DNA from: Isoptericola halotolerans
GTDB lineage: Bacteria > Actinomycetota > Actinomycetes > Actinomycetales > Cellulomonadaceae
DNA length: 64,000 bases
Direction: 5' to 3'
NCBI RefSeq assembly: GCF_013149785.1
Contig: NZ_JABEZU010000001.1
Coordinates: 310,001-374,000, forward strand
The position numbers and the translations under genes are program-made. This document shows positions 26,887-36,582 of the stretch, in pieces. Each line of letters starts with the position of its first letter. Position 1 is the first letter of the stretch. The notes below the pieces were generated by a model that searched no databases, was not told where the DNA came from, and saw only the letters and a list, made by a program, of their open reading frames with translations.

Positions 26887-27729
26887 TCAGCGGCCGGTGT
26901 TGTTCATCTCGTCCGGGTGCGAGCCGGTGCGCTCGCCGCGGTCCAGCGCCGTGATGTCCGCGACGTCAGCCTCGGAGAGCTCGACGTCGAAGATCCGGAA
27001 GTTCTCCTCGATGCGGGCGGGCGTCACGGACTTGGGGAAGACGACGTCACCGCGCTGCACGTGCCAGCGCAGCACCACCTGGGCGGGCGTCTTGCCGACG
27101 TTCTCGGCGATGCGCATGATCGTGGGGTCCTCCAGGAGGCGCCCGCGGCCCAGCGGCGACCACGCCTCGGTGACGATGCCGTGCTCGGCGTTCACCGCTC
27201 GGACGTCCTCGTTGCCCAGCCACGGGTGGACCTCGATCTGGTTGACGGCCGGCACCACCGTCGTGGAGTCCATCAGGCGCCGCAGGTGGTTCGGCTGGAA
27301 GTTCGACACCCCGATCGCCCGGGCACGACCGGACCGGTAGATCTCCTCCAGGGCGCCCCACGCCTCGACGTACTTGTCCACAGCCGGGAGCGGCCAGTGG
27401 ATCAGGAACAGGTCGACGTGCTCCAGCCCCAGCTCCTCCAACGACTGGTCGAAGGCCGCCAGGGCGTCGTCGTGCGCGTGGAAGGCGTTGTTGAGCTTGG
27501 TCGTGACGAACAGGTCGTCGCGGGCCAGGCCGGAGGCGGCCAGCGCCTCGCCCACCCCGCGCTCGTTGCGGTACATCTGCGCGGTGTCGATGTGCCGGTA
27601 GCCGACCTCCAGGGCGGTCGTGACGACGTCGCGCGTCTGCTCCGGCGGGATCTTGAAGGTCCCGAACCCGAGCTGCGGGATCGCGACGCCGTTGTTGAGA
27701 GGAACGGTGGGGATCGGCTCGTTGCTCAT
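26887..27729 (-). CDS. Aldo/keto reductase (2,5-diketo-D-gluconate reductase-like)
   Basis: LGFGTF, GYRHIDTAQMYRNE, VTTKL, LIHWP, IGVSNF, WSPLG, FPKS. Confidence 0.95.
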   Translation of the reverse strand: MSNEPIPTVPLNNGVAIPQLGFGTFKIPPEQTRDVVTTALEVGYRHIDTAQMYRNERGVGEALAASGLARDDLFVTTKLNNAFHAHDDALAAFDQSLEELGLEHVDLFLIHWPLPAVDKYVEAWGALEEIYRSGRARAIGVSNFQPNHLRRLMDSTTVVPAVNQIEVHPWLGNEDVRAVNAEHGIVTEAWSPLGRGRLLEDPTIMRIAENVGKTPAQVVLRWHVQRGDVVFPKSVTPARIEENFRIFDVELSEADVADITALDRGERTGSHPDEMNNTGR

Positions 27730-27844
27730 CGGCCCATCCTGCGCACATCGGGCGTCCGGACGCGAGTGACGAACGTCGGCGCGCCCCGCCCTGTCCTCCG
27801 TGCACCGGTCGGGGGCACAATGGAAGGACACCGGGAGGTGCCTG

Positions 27845-28066
27845 ATGGTCACGAGGGACGAGGCGCGAACAGCCAAGAGCGCGCTGCGCCACACGCTCGA
27901 GCACGTCGACGGCGTGTGCGGCGTCGGGCTCACGCAGCGCGGCGACGACCACGACTGGGTGCTGCAGGTCAACGTGCAGAGCGTGAGCGCGCGCAAGGAC
28001 GTGCCGCCCGACGTCGACGGCGTTCCCGTGCGGGTCCACGTGGTCGGAGCCGTCGAGGCGCTGTAG
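27845..28066 (+). CDS. Small hypothetical protein (73 aa) resembling the N-terminal domain of the protease at 17934
   Basis: Strong RBS GGAGGTG; MVTRDEARTAKSAL..GVGLT..WVLQV..VPPDVDGVPVRVHVVGAVEAL. Confidence 0.75.
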   Translation: MVTRDEARTAKSALRHTLEHVDGVCGVGLTQRGDDHDWVLQVNVQSVSARKDVPPDVDGVPVRVHVVGAVEAL

Positions 28067-28079
28067 CCGCCCGGCCGGC

Positions 28080-28433
28080 TCAGGCCTCCGCGTCGACGCC
28101 GTGATCCTCCCGGAAGGCGTCCACGATGCGCTCGGTGCCGCCACCCACGTGCAGGAACTGGTCGTCGAGCACCCGGGCGAGCTCGTCGAGCGCATCCTCG
28201 AGGACGCTGCCCATCCGACGGACGCGCCGGCGGGTCAGCGCCGGGTAGACCTGCAGCACCCAGGACACCGCAGCCGTGAGCAGCGCGAAGCCGAGGAGGC
28301 CCTCGACCGGCGCGGCGATCCGCAGCCACGGCGTCAGCGGGGTGATGTCGCCGTAGCCCACCGTCGTGAGGGAGACCAGCGAGAGGTAGAGCGCGTCGAC
28401 CACGGCGCCCAGGCCCGTCAGTGTCCAGCTCAC
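28080..28433 (-). pseudogene. Potassium-channel-family remnant
   Basis: ALYLSLVSLTTVGYGDITP selectivity filter plus inner helix; no outer TM helix upstream and a very short tail. Confidence 0.6.
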
Positions 28434-28645
28434 CCTCGGACGCTAGGCGTGCGGGCGGTCGCAGGCACGCCGGAGCCGCGCCGCGAGGCCGGGTGCCCTC
28501 GCCGCAGCTCATCCCTGGACCGGTCGGTCGCCCGGCAGCCCGGGACAGCCACCCCTGGTGCCCGGGACACCTCCCGCCGGATCGTCCTTCCCTAGCGACC
28601 AGTCCGCGGCAACCCGCTGCGGCCGCACCAGGAAGGACCGTTCCC

Positions 28646-29341
28646 GTGCACCCCAGCACCCCCACCACCGCACCGTCCACCGCAGCCACGACGTCGCGCC
28701 GCACCGCACGTCCGTCCCGCCGGGCCTGGGCATGGACCGGCGTCGCCGCCGGCGTCCTCGGCATCGTGTCGATCCAGGCCTCGATGGCGCTCAGCGCCAA
28801 CTGGGAGGCCGTCGCCGGCGACGCCGAGGCGGTGGTCACCGACCTCGGTGGCCGCACCGGCACGCTGCTGCTCTTCCACACGACGACGATCGTCTGCGCC
28901 CTGCTGCTGCTCGTCTTCGCCGCGGGCCTCCGGCGACGCCTCGACGCCCAGGCGCCCGCCGGCTCGCTGCTGCCCACCGTCGCGGCATGGGGCCTGGTCC
29001 TGACCTCGGTCGCCGGTCTGCTCGGCTCCGGGCTCGACACCCAGTTCATGTTCGCGGTCACCGAGCCGAGCACGATGGTGGTCGAGTCCGGGGCGTTCTA
29101 CAGCGACTGGGTCGCCACGATCCCGTGGCTCTGGGTCGGGGCCGGGCTCGCGGGCGTCTCGCTCGGCCTCGCCGCCCTGCGGCACGGGGCGGCCCCCCGA
29201 TGGATCGGCGTCGTCGGGCTCGCGCTCGGTGGCATCGCGCTCCTGGCCGGAGTCTCGCCCTTCCAGTACCTCGCCGGCTTCGTCGCCCCGGTGTGGTTGC
29301 TCGTCACCGCGCTCGGGTTCGCTCTCGGGGACCGGCGCTGA
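28646..29341 (+). CDS. Hypothetical multi-TM membrane protein
   Basis: About six hydrophobic segments; AGGAAGGA RBS; directly upstream of a two-component system. Confidence 0.75.
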   Translation: MHPSTPTTAPSTAATTSRRTARPSRRAWAWTGVAAGVLGIVSIQASMALSANWEAVAGDAEAVVTDLGGRTGTLLLFHTTTIVCALLLLVFAAGLRRRLDAQAPAGSLLPTVAAWGLVLTSVAGLLGSGLDTQFMFAVTEPSTMVVESGAFYSDWVATIPWLWVGAGLAGVSLGLAALRHGAAPRWIGVVGLALGGIALLAGVSPFQYLAGFVAPVWLLVTALGFALGDRR

Positions 29342-29406
29342 ACGCACCGGGTGAGGTTCTGCCGAGGACCTGGCCGGAGGCTCGGCCGCGGACCTACCGT
29401 GAGTCC

Positions 29407-31389
29407 GTGGCCGAGCCCCGGCCCGGCCGCGCCGGGATGCCCCGCACCGCGTGGGTGGTCGGCGCCCTCGCGTGGCTGCTCGGCCTGTCCGGGCTCGTGC
29501 TGCAGCTCGCCTCCGGTGTCACCGTGCTGCTCGGGGACCTGCTCTTCGTCGTCGTCGACGCCTCCGTCGCGCTCGTCTACGGGACGGTCGCCGCCGTGGT
29601 CCTGGCCCGTCGGCCGCACGTCGTCGGCTGGCTGACGGCGCTCGCGGCACTCGGCGGCGGGATCGCCGCGCTCGGTGGCGGGTGGCGCAGCTACGCGTCC
29701 ACGCATCCCGCGCTGCCGCCCCTCGAGCGGCTCGCCGACGCCTACGGCTGGGCGTGGGTCCCGGGCACGGTCGGGCTGTTCGTCGTCCTGCCGTGGTTCG
29801 TCCGATCAGGCCGACCCGGGCCGGCCGGCATGCTCGGCGCGGCGGGAGGCGTCACCTCGATCGTCGCGTTCCTCCTGGTCGGCTCGGACCCTCGCCCTGC
29901 GATCGTCGGCGTGGTGGTCATGGGACTCGTCACGGCGGGTGCGACCGCGTGGCGCTGGCGGCGCGGGCCGGTCTCCGACCGGCGCGGACTCGGTCTCCTC
30001 GCGCTCGGCACCGCCCTCATGGCGCTGTCCTTCCTCCCGCTGCTGGTGACGTGGGCCTCGCCCCAGGTGACCTATGCGCTGCCGCTCACCCACCTGGCGT
30101 GCCAGGCGCTGTTCCCCGCTGCGATCCTCGTGTGCATCCTGCGCAACCGGCTGTGGGGCATCGACCTCGTGCTGTCGCGGGCGACGGTCGCCGCGATGCT
30201 CGCGGTCGGCCTCGCAGTCGTGTACGGCACCGTCGTCGTGGTCGCTGCGACGATCGTCGACGGGCCGGCGGTCCAGGTCGTCGCCGCGGTCGGTGTGGCG
30301 GTCGCCGTCCAGCCCTTGCACTCCTGGCTGCGGAGCCGGGTCCGCACGCTCGTCTACGGGGACGCCGACGATGCCGGGCACGCGGCGCTCAGTGTCGGCC
30401 GCCGCCTCGCGGCGACGGCGGAGGCGACAGACCTGGTGAGCACGCTCGGAGCCGGGGTGCGCGAGGCGTTGCGCCTCGAGTCGGTGACGATCGAGTGGCC
30501 CGCAGGGCAGTCCACCGTCGGTCCGCAGCCCGACGCCGCGTCCGCCGAGACGGTGCTCGACGTCGAGCACGGCGGGCGCCTGCTGGGCCGGGTGCGCGCC
30601 CGGCCGCGTGCGGGCGAACGGCTCGACCGACGCACCCGGGAGGCGTTCGACCAGATCCTGCCCGTCGTGGGCGCAGGCCTCGCGCTCGCCCAGGCCACGC
30701 GTGAGCTCGAGGACGCCCGGGACGCGACCACGCGGGCCCGGCTGGCCGAGCGGCGGGTGATCCGCCGGGAGCTCCACGACGGGATCGGCCCGTGGCTCAA
30801 CGGCCTCCGCCTCGGTCTCCAGGGTGCTCGCAACACGGTCGAGGTCGACCCGCAGGCCGCTGCCGAGGTCCTCGACGTGCTCGGTGCGGAGGTCCGCCGT
30901 CGGGTGGAGGATGTCCGCATGCTCTCCCGCAGCCTGCTGCCGCCGTCGCTGGACGACCTCGGCCTGGAGGCTGCGCTCGGTGAGCTGGCGGGCCGGCAGG
31001 CGGTCGCCGGGTTCGTCGTCGACCTGCGGTGCGAGCCGTGCACCGGGCTCGACCCCCGTGTCGCCGCCGCCGCGTACGGGATCGCGAGCGAGGCCGTGGT
31101 CAACGCGGCACGACACTCCGGCGCGGACGAGTGCCGGCTCACCGTCGAGGTGACCGCCGACACCCTCGTCGTGACGTGCGAGGACGCCGGACGTGGCATC
31201 CGGGCAGAGGCACGGCCCGGTGTCGGGTCCCGGTCGATGCGTGAGCGTGCCGAGGAGCTCGGTGGCCGGCTCGTGGTCGAGCCGCTCGACCACACCGCCG
31301 AAGACCCGGGAACACGGGTCCGCGTCGAGCTGCCGCTCGAGCCCGGCCGGGGGGCCGGCGTCGGCGGGACGATCGAGGGGGTGCGATGA
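29407..31389 (+). CDS. Membrane sensor histidine kinase (HisKA_3)
   Basis: ERRVIRRELHDGIGP, EAVVNAARHS, EDAGRG, GVGSRSMRERAEELGG; start uncertain (29407 or 29437). Confidence 0.9.
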   Translation: MAEPRPGRAGMPRTAWVVGALAWLLGLSGLVLQLASGVTVLLGDLLFVVVDASVALVYGTVAAVVLARRPHVVGWLTALAALGGGIAALGGGWRSYASTHPALPPLERLADAYGWAWVPGTVGLFVVLPWFVRSGRPGPAGMLGAAGGVTSIVAFLLVGSDPRPAIVGVVVMGLVTAGATAWRWRRGPVSDRRGLGLLALGTALMALSFLPLLVTWASPQVTYALPLTHLACQALFPAAILVCILRNRLWGIDLVLSRATVAAMLAVGLAVVYGTVVVVAATIVDGPAVQVVAAVGVAVAVQPLHSWLRSRVRTLVYGDADDAGHAALSVGRRLAATAEATDLVSTLGAGVREALRLESVTIEWPAGQSTVGPQPDAASAETVLDVEHGGRLLGRVRARPRAGERLDRRTREAFDQILPVVGAGLALAQATRELEDARDATTRARLAERRVIRRELHDGIGPWLNGLRLGLQGARNTVEVDPQAAAEVLDVLGAEVRRRVEDVRMLSRSLLPPSLDDLGLEAALGELAGRQAVAGFVVDLRCEPCTGLDPRVAAAAYGIASEAVVNAARHSGADECRLTVEVTADTLVVTCEDAGRGIRAEARPGVGSRSMRERAEELGGRLVVEPLDHTAEDPGTRVRVELPLEPGRGAGVGGTIEGVR

Positions 31390-32051
31390 GCCCGCCCGTG
31401 CACGTCGCTGTCGTCGACGATCACCCGGTCTTCCGGCTGGGCATGGTCGCGCTGCTCGACTCGCTCGCCGGGATCGAGGTCGTCGGGCAGGCCGCGTCCG
31501 CCGCCGAGGCACGGGGACTCCTCGGGCTCGGGTCGGGCGACGGCTCGAGCGTCGACGTCGTGCTCATGGACGTCGACCTCGGGGACGGGTCCGGCGTCGA
31601 GGTCACCCGTGACCTCGTCCGGGCACGGCCGGACGTCCGCGTTCTCGTGGTGACGATGCACGAGACCGACGACGCCGTGGTGTCCGCCGTGCGGGCCGGG
31701 GCGCGCGGCTATCTCGTGAAGTCGGCGAGCCCTGCCGAGGTCGAGCGGGCGGTCCTCGCGGTGGCCGACGGCGCGATGATCCTCTCGCCGACCGTGGCGG
31801 AGCGTGCGATGGCCTACGTCGTCGGCGGTGGTGCGGCCGTGCGCATGCCGTTCCCCCAGCTGACGGCTCGTGAGCGCGAGGTGCTGGATCTCGTCGCCGC
31901 CGGCCTGGACAACAGCGCGATCGCCCACCGGCTGTCGCTGAGCCCCAAGACGGTGCGCAACACGGTCTCCGCCGTGCTCACCAAGCTCGCGGTGCGCGAC
32001 CGGGCCGCGGCGATCGTCCGTGCGCGAGAGGAGGGGCTCGGGACGGCGTGA
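31386..32051 (+). CDS. NarL/LuxR family response regulator
   Basis: VVDDHPVFR, VLMD, GYLVK, LTAREREVL..KTVRNTVS. Confidence 0.93.
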   Translation: MSPPVHVAVVDDHPVFRLGMVALLDSLAGIEVVGQAASAAEARGLLGLGSGDGSSVDVVLMDVDLGDGSGVEVTRDLVRARPDVRVLVVTMHETDDAVVSAVRAGARGYLVKSASPAEVERAVLAVADGAMILSPTVAERAMAYVVGGGAAVRMPFPQLTAREREVLDLVAAGLDNSAIAHRLSLSPKTVRNTVSAVLTKLAVRDRAAAIVRAREEGLGTA

Positions 32052-32054
32052 CCG

Positions 32055-32288
32055 GTCCGGGGGCGAGCCGGTGCGCTCGCCACGGTCCAGCGCCGTGATG
32101 TCCGCGACGTCCGCCCCGGAGCTCGACGTCGAAGATCTGGAAGCTCTCCTCGATGCGGGCGGGCGTCACCGACTGGGGGAAGACGAGGGGCGAGGCGCGA
32201 ACAGCCAAGAGCGCGCTGCGCCACACGCTCGAGCACGTCGACGGCGTCCCGGTGCGGGTCCACGTGGTCGGAGCCGTCGAGGCGCTGT
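32055..32288 (+). repeat. Internally deleted direct copy of 26911-28064 (AKR 3' end plus small-gene fragments)
   Basis: 32055-32186 ~ 26911-27044; 32183-32247 ~ 27851-27915; 32235-32288 ~ 28011-28064. Confidence 0.92.
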
Positions 32289-32346
32289 CGGTCCACAGAA
32301 GTCGGCCGGCCTTGATGTCCGGCAGGTGCCAACGTCTGTGGGAAGC

Positions 32347-32480
32347 GTGGACGGACAGCCCGAGGTTGTCTTCGCCGCGTCCGCGCTCAAGAGGCAGCAC
32401 GACCTCGACTACGACGAGGGCGACCTGGAGCGGATCATCCGATCCGACCTCTTCGTGACAGAGGTGGATGGAGGCGGTGA
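32347..32480 (+). pseudogene. Possible truncated toxin gene upstream of the HTH gene
   Basis: MDGQPEVVFAASALKRQHDLDYDEGDLERII...; protein-like for about 40 codons, then reads out of frame into the next gene. Confidence 0.35.
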
Positions 32481-32485
32481 TCGAA

Positions 32486-32989
32486 GTGGCGCGCACACTG
32501 GAAGAGCTGATTGCCTACGGCGAGGATCTCGCCGCGCAGTTCGAGGACGACGGCGACCGCAGGATGTTCCGCGAACCGTCGACCCGGAGCAAGTTGGCCC
32601 TCGCTGCGATGCGGCGGTCGTACGCGGAGCGGGACCTCCGCCTCGCTGTCGTGGAAGCCAAGGGCGAAGGCATGTCCTGGGACCAGATCGGCGAGACTCT
32701 CGGCGTCTCGGGTGAAGCCGTGCGCAAGCGGTACTCGAAGGCCGTGGGCGAGGAGAGGGATGCGTCCCCGAAGGAGGGCAACGTGGGCCTGCGCCCGGCC
32801 AGCGTGCGGTCAAGAGCGACGAGACCCTCGAAGGACCTGTCCGGACTCCTCCATCGCCTTGACTTCACCGAGCTCGGGCAGGTTCGCGAGGTCGTCATCA
32901 TGCTGCACCACGAGGCGCAGGGCGCGGAGACCGAGAGGTTCGAGGAGCCTGAACCGACTCCTCGGGGGCGCCTGACTGGATCACCCTGA
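32486..32989 (+). CDS. HTH protein (antitoxin-like)
   Basis: AVVEAKGEGMSWDQIGETLGVSGEAVRKRY helix-turn-helix; alternative start 32468. Confidence 0.7.
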   Translation: MARTLEELIAYGEDLAAQFEDDGDRRMFREPSTRSKLALAAMRRSYAERDLRLAVVEAKGEGMSWDQIGETLGVSGEAVRKRYSKAVGEERDASPKEGNVGLRPASVRSRATRPSKDLSGLLHRLDFTELGQVREVVIMLHHEAQGAETERFEEPEPTPRGRLTGSP

Positions 32990-33118
32990 TCTGATGGAGG
33001 CTCTGGTCTGCCCCCGGCTTCCGTGGAGCCAGCCCAGGTCGAGAGCCGCCTCACCCGAACCGTCGCAGCAGCGATCCTCGCCCGCCCAGCATGGTCGCGC
33101 CGTCGGGCGCGGAGGGTC

Positions 33119-33586
33119 TTACTCGCCGAGCGCGACAAGGACGAGGGTCGCATCGTCGACGTCGAGATACGCCGCCGTGACGAAACCGGACTCCGCGAAC
33201 CTCTCGTCCAGGGCAGGTCCGGTGAGCAGCGGGCCGTCAGGCAGGGCGGGCACGAGGGCGTCGACGACGTCCGGTGCATCAGTCGTCTCCACCGGCGAGG
33301 TCTCGGCCGCCAGGGCTTGCGCGACCGCCGGGTCGACCTGAATGACGGCGTCGATCCAGTAGGTCGTCGGGCCCGGGACCTCGCGGTCGCCCGTGGTGCC
33401 GGACGCCCACGTCGCGCCCACCGGGGTTCCGAGCGCGGAGAACCGGTCGGTGAGCGGCTCCAGGTCCGCGCGGAGCTCGCCCTGGCCGGAGGTCGGCGAG
33501 CAGGCGGCGATCGCCAGCGCGAGGGCGAGGATCACACTCGGGCCGACGGTGCGCCCGGTTCGTCCGAGTCTGGTCGCGGTGCTCAT
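33119..33586 (-). CDS. Hypothetical lipoprotein
   Basis: Signal peptide ending LAIAAC; GGAGG RBS; GPTTYWIDAV motif. Confidence 0.8.
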   Translation of the reverse strand: MSTATRLGRTGRTVGPSVILALALAIAACSPTSGQGELRADLEPLTDRFSALGTPVGATWASGTTGDREVPGPTTYWIDAVIQVDPAVAQALAAETSPVETTDAPDVVDALVPALPDGPLLTGPALDERFAESGFVTAAYLDVDDATLVLVALGE

Positions 33587-33754
33587 CGTTCCTCCGGGGC
33601 GGGCGCGGCGACGACGGACCCTGCATCGTCCGTCGTCCAGGTGACCGGCCGTCCTCATGGTCCGGCATCCGGGACGCGGTGTCACTCCGGTCGGCGCCGC
33701 CGTGAAGACCCCGCGCCTCGGTCGTCACCCCACGTGATGCCGCAGAATATCCGA

Positions 33755-35731
33755 GTGGCTACCTCCCCCCGCCTGCCCCGTGTCCGCGCCTCCGAGCTGG
33801 TCGGCCGTGGGTGGCTGAACACCGGTGGCCGGGAGATCGCGCTGGCGGACCTGCGCGGGAAGGTCGTGATCCTCGACTTCTGGACCTTCTGCTGCCTCAA
33901 CTGCCTGCACGTCCTGGACGAGCTGCGCGAGCTGGAGGAGTCCCGCCGCGAGGAGCTCGTCATCGTCGGCGTGCACTCGCCGAAGTTCGCGCACGAGGCC
34001 GACCCGGACGCCCTGGCCGCGGCGGTGGAGCGGTACGACGTGCGCCACCCCGTCCTGGACGACCCGGAGCTGACCACCTGGGACGCCTACACCGCCCGGG
34101 CCTGGCCCACGCTCGTCGTCGTCGACCCGGAGGGGTACGTGGTGGCGCAGATGGCGGGGGAGGGGCACGCGTCCGCGATCGCGGCGATCGTGGACGAGCT
34201 GGTGGCCGAGCACGAGGCCAAGGGCACCCTGCACCGGGGTGACGGCCCGTACGTGCCGCCCACACCCGAGCCGAGCACCCTGCGGTTCCCGGCCGAGGCG
34301 GTGCAGCTGCCGGGTGGCAACCTGCTCGTGGCCGACGCCGGCCACCACTCGCTGGCCGAGCTGGCGCCCGACGGCGAGACCCTGGTGCGGCGCATCGGCT
34401 CGGGCGAGCGCGGGTTCGTCGACGGCGGACCCTCGACGGACGGGAGCCACGCGGCCCGGTTCAGCGAGCCGAACGGGCTGTGCCTGGTCCCCTCCGAGCT
34501 ACGCGCCCGCCTCGGCTACGACGTGCTGGTCGCCGACACCGTGAACCATGCGCTGCGCGGTGTACATCTCGACTCCGGTCAGGTGTACACGGTCGCGGGG
34601 ACGGGTCGGCAGTACATGGTCGGCGGGCAGGAGAACGTCGCCGCGCCGGACGAGGCGCCCCGGGCGCACGAGACGGGCGACCAGTACCCACCCACCTGGG
34701 TCAACCTCTCCTCGCCCTGGGACGTGGCCTGGTCGCCGGACCTGGCCGCGTTCGTCGTCGCGATGGCGGGCAACCACACGCTGTGGATGTTCGACGACGA
34801 GCAGGGTTCGCTCCGGCTGCTCGCCGGCACGATGAACGAGGGTCTCGAGGACGGCGGCGGCGACGGCGCCTGGTTCGCGCAGCCGTCCGGCCTCGCACCG
34901 TCGCTCGATGCCGACGGTCGACCCGACGGCGGCCTCTGGCTCGCCGACGCCGAGACCTCCGCGCTGCGCCACGTCGCACCCGACGGCGGCTCGGGCGTCC
35001 GGGTGACCACCGCCGTCGGGCAGGGGCTGTTCGACTTCGGGCACCGCGACGGCCCGGCCGCGCAGGCCCTGCTGCAGCACCCGCTGGGCGTGGCCACGCT
35101 GCCCGACGGCAGCGTCGTCGTCGCCGACACGTACAACGGCGCGCTGCGCCGGTACGACCCGACCGCAGGCGAGGTCACCACCCTGGCGACCGGCCTCGCC
35201 GAGCCGAGCGACGTCGTCGTGCAGGCCGACGCCGACGGCGGCACCGTCCACCTGCTGGTGGTCGAGTCCGCCGCGCACCGGCTCACCCGGGTCGCGCTGC
35301 CCGCCGACCTCGCCGGGGAGGTGCTCGACGGCGGCGCGCACCGCGTCGCCCGCACGGCCACCGACGTCGCCCCGGGCGAGCTGCTGCTGGACGTGCCGTT
35401 CACCCCCGCGCCGGGCCAGAAGCTCGACGACCGGTTCGGACCCTCCACCGAGCTGCAGGTCAGCGCCACACCTCCCGAGCTGCTGCTCGACGGCGCGGGC
35501 GGCGGCACCGCGTTGAGCCGCGACCTACGCATCAACCCTGAGGTGCCCGAGGGAGTCCTGCACGTCACCGCGAAGGCGGCCTCCTGCGACGAGGTGCCCC
35601 TGGGCCCCGACGGCGAGCCGGACCCGGACGTGTTCCCCGCCTGCCACCTCGCCCAGCAGGACTGGGGCGTACCGGTGCGCGTCGTGCCCGACGGCGGCGC
35701 CACCCTGACGCTCCCGCTGCGCGGGGCGTAG
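33755..35731 (+). CDS. NHL-repeat thioredoxin-domain protein (NHLRC2/SOQ1-like)
   Basis: DFWTFCCLNC, GVHSPKF, WPTLVVVDP; NHL repeats (FSEPNGL, FAQPSGL, LQHPLGV); the start could be 33737. Confidence 0.92.
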   Translation: MATSPRLPRVRASELVGRGWLNTGGREIALADLRGKVVILDFWTFCCLNCLHVLDELRELEESRREELVIVGVHSPKFAHEADPDALAAAVERYDVRHPVLDDPELTTWDAYTARAWPTLVVVDPEGYVVAQMAGEGHASAIAAIVDELVAEHEAKGTLHRGDGPYVPPTPEPSTLRFPAEAVQLPGGNLLVADAGHHSLAELAPDGETLVRRIGSGERGFVDGGPSTDGSHAARFSEPNGLCLVPSELRARLGYDVLVADTVNHALRGVHLDSGQVYTVAGTGRQYMVGGQENVAAPDEAPRAHETGDQYPPTWVNLSSPWDVAWSPDLAAFVVAMAGNHTLWMFDDEQGSLRLLAGTMNEGLEDGGGDGAWFAQPSGLAPSLDADGRPDGGLWLADAETSALRHVAPDGGSGVRVTTAVGQGLFDFGHRDGPAAQALLQHPLGVATLPDGSVVVADTYNGALRRYDPTAGEVTTLATGLAEPSDVVVQADADGGTVHLLVVESAAHRLTRVALPADLAGEVLDGGAHRVARTATDVAPGELLLDVPFTPAPGQKLDDRFGPSTELQVSATPPELLLDGAGGGTALSRDLRINPEVPEGVLHVTAKAASCDEVPLGPDGEPDPDVFPACHLAQQDWGVPVRVVPDGGATLTLPLRGA

Positions 35732-35734
35732 GGG

Positions 35735-36550
35735 TCACACCATCGCGGCGGAACGTTCCCACAGCTCGCGCGCCGCGCCAGGGTCGGCCTTGCGCCGGAC
35801 GCCCGTCGTGATCCGGCGGTGCTCGTAGTACGCCCCGGGGGCGAAGGTCTCCCCGGGTGTGCCCTCCGCCAGCCAGACGAGCTGGTCGGCGCCGCGCTCC
35901 GGGCTGACGGTGAACAGCCGCTTGAGCCGCCCGTGGTAGATCCGCCGCAGGACGTGCGTGGTGTCGCCCGCGAAGCCGGTGGCGACCACCCCGGGGTGGA
36001 AGGCGACCGCGCTGATCCCCTGGTCGCCGTACCGGCGCTGCAGCTCCTCGGTGAACAGGATGTTGGCCAGCTTGCCGTTGCCGTACGCCCGGTGCGGGGC
36101 GTAGCGCTCGGCGTTCTGCAGGTCGTCGACGTCGAACCGGCTGAACACCTGCGCGGCCCGGCTGGCGGTCTGGATCACCGTGGCCCGCCCGGCCACCAGC
36201 GCGGGCATCAGCAGCTCGGTGAGCAGGAACGGCGCCAGGTGGTTGACCTGGAACGTCTTCTCGTAACCGTCCACGGTCAGGGTGCGGTCGCCCATGATTC
36301 CGCCGGCGTTGTTGGCGAGCACGTCGATCCGCGGGCAGGCGCCCAGCAGCTCCTCGGCGAGGCGGCGCACCTGGGCCAGCTCGGCGAAGTCCGCCACGAA
36401 GGACGGGACGCCGAGCTCGTCGGCGACGGCCGCCGTCTTCTCCGCCGAGCGACCGACGAGGACGACCTGGTGCCCGTGCCGCACGAGCCGTCGGGCGGCG
36501 GCGGCACCGATCCCGTCGCTCGCCCCGGTGATGACGATGGTGCGGGGCAC
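35735..36550 (-). CDS. Short-chain dehydrogenase/reductase
   Basis: TGASDGIG, NNAG, YGNGK, HPGVVAT. Confidence 0.92.
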   Translation of the reverse strand: MPRTIVITGASDGIGAAAARRLVRHGHQVVLVGRSAEKTAAVADELGVPSFVADFAELAQVRRLAEELLGACPRIDVLANNAGGIMGDRTLTVDGYEKTFQVNHLAPFLLTELLMPALVAGRATVIQTASRAAQVFSRFDVDDLQNAERYAPHRAYGNGKLANILFTEELQRRYGDQGISAVAFHPGVVATGFAGDTTHVLRRIYHGRLKRLFTVSPERGADQLVWLAEGTPGETFAPGAYYEHRRITTGVRRKADPGAARELWERSAAMV

Positions 36551-36582
36551 GGACCCTCCGGTGGTGTCGGTCGGCAGGCGGA

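Noticed and set aside
32153..32458. 101-aa ORF containing part of the small protein
   Set aside because: Chimeric product of the deleted duplication, lacking the original RBS, start and stop
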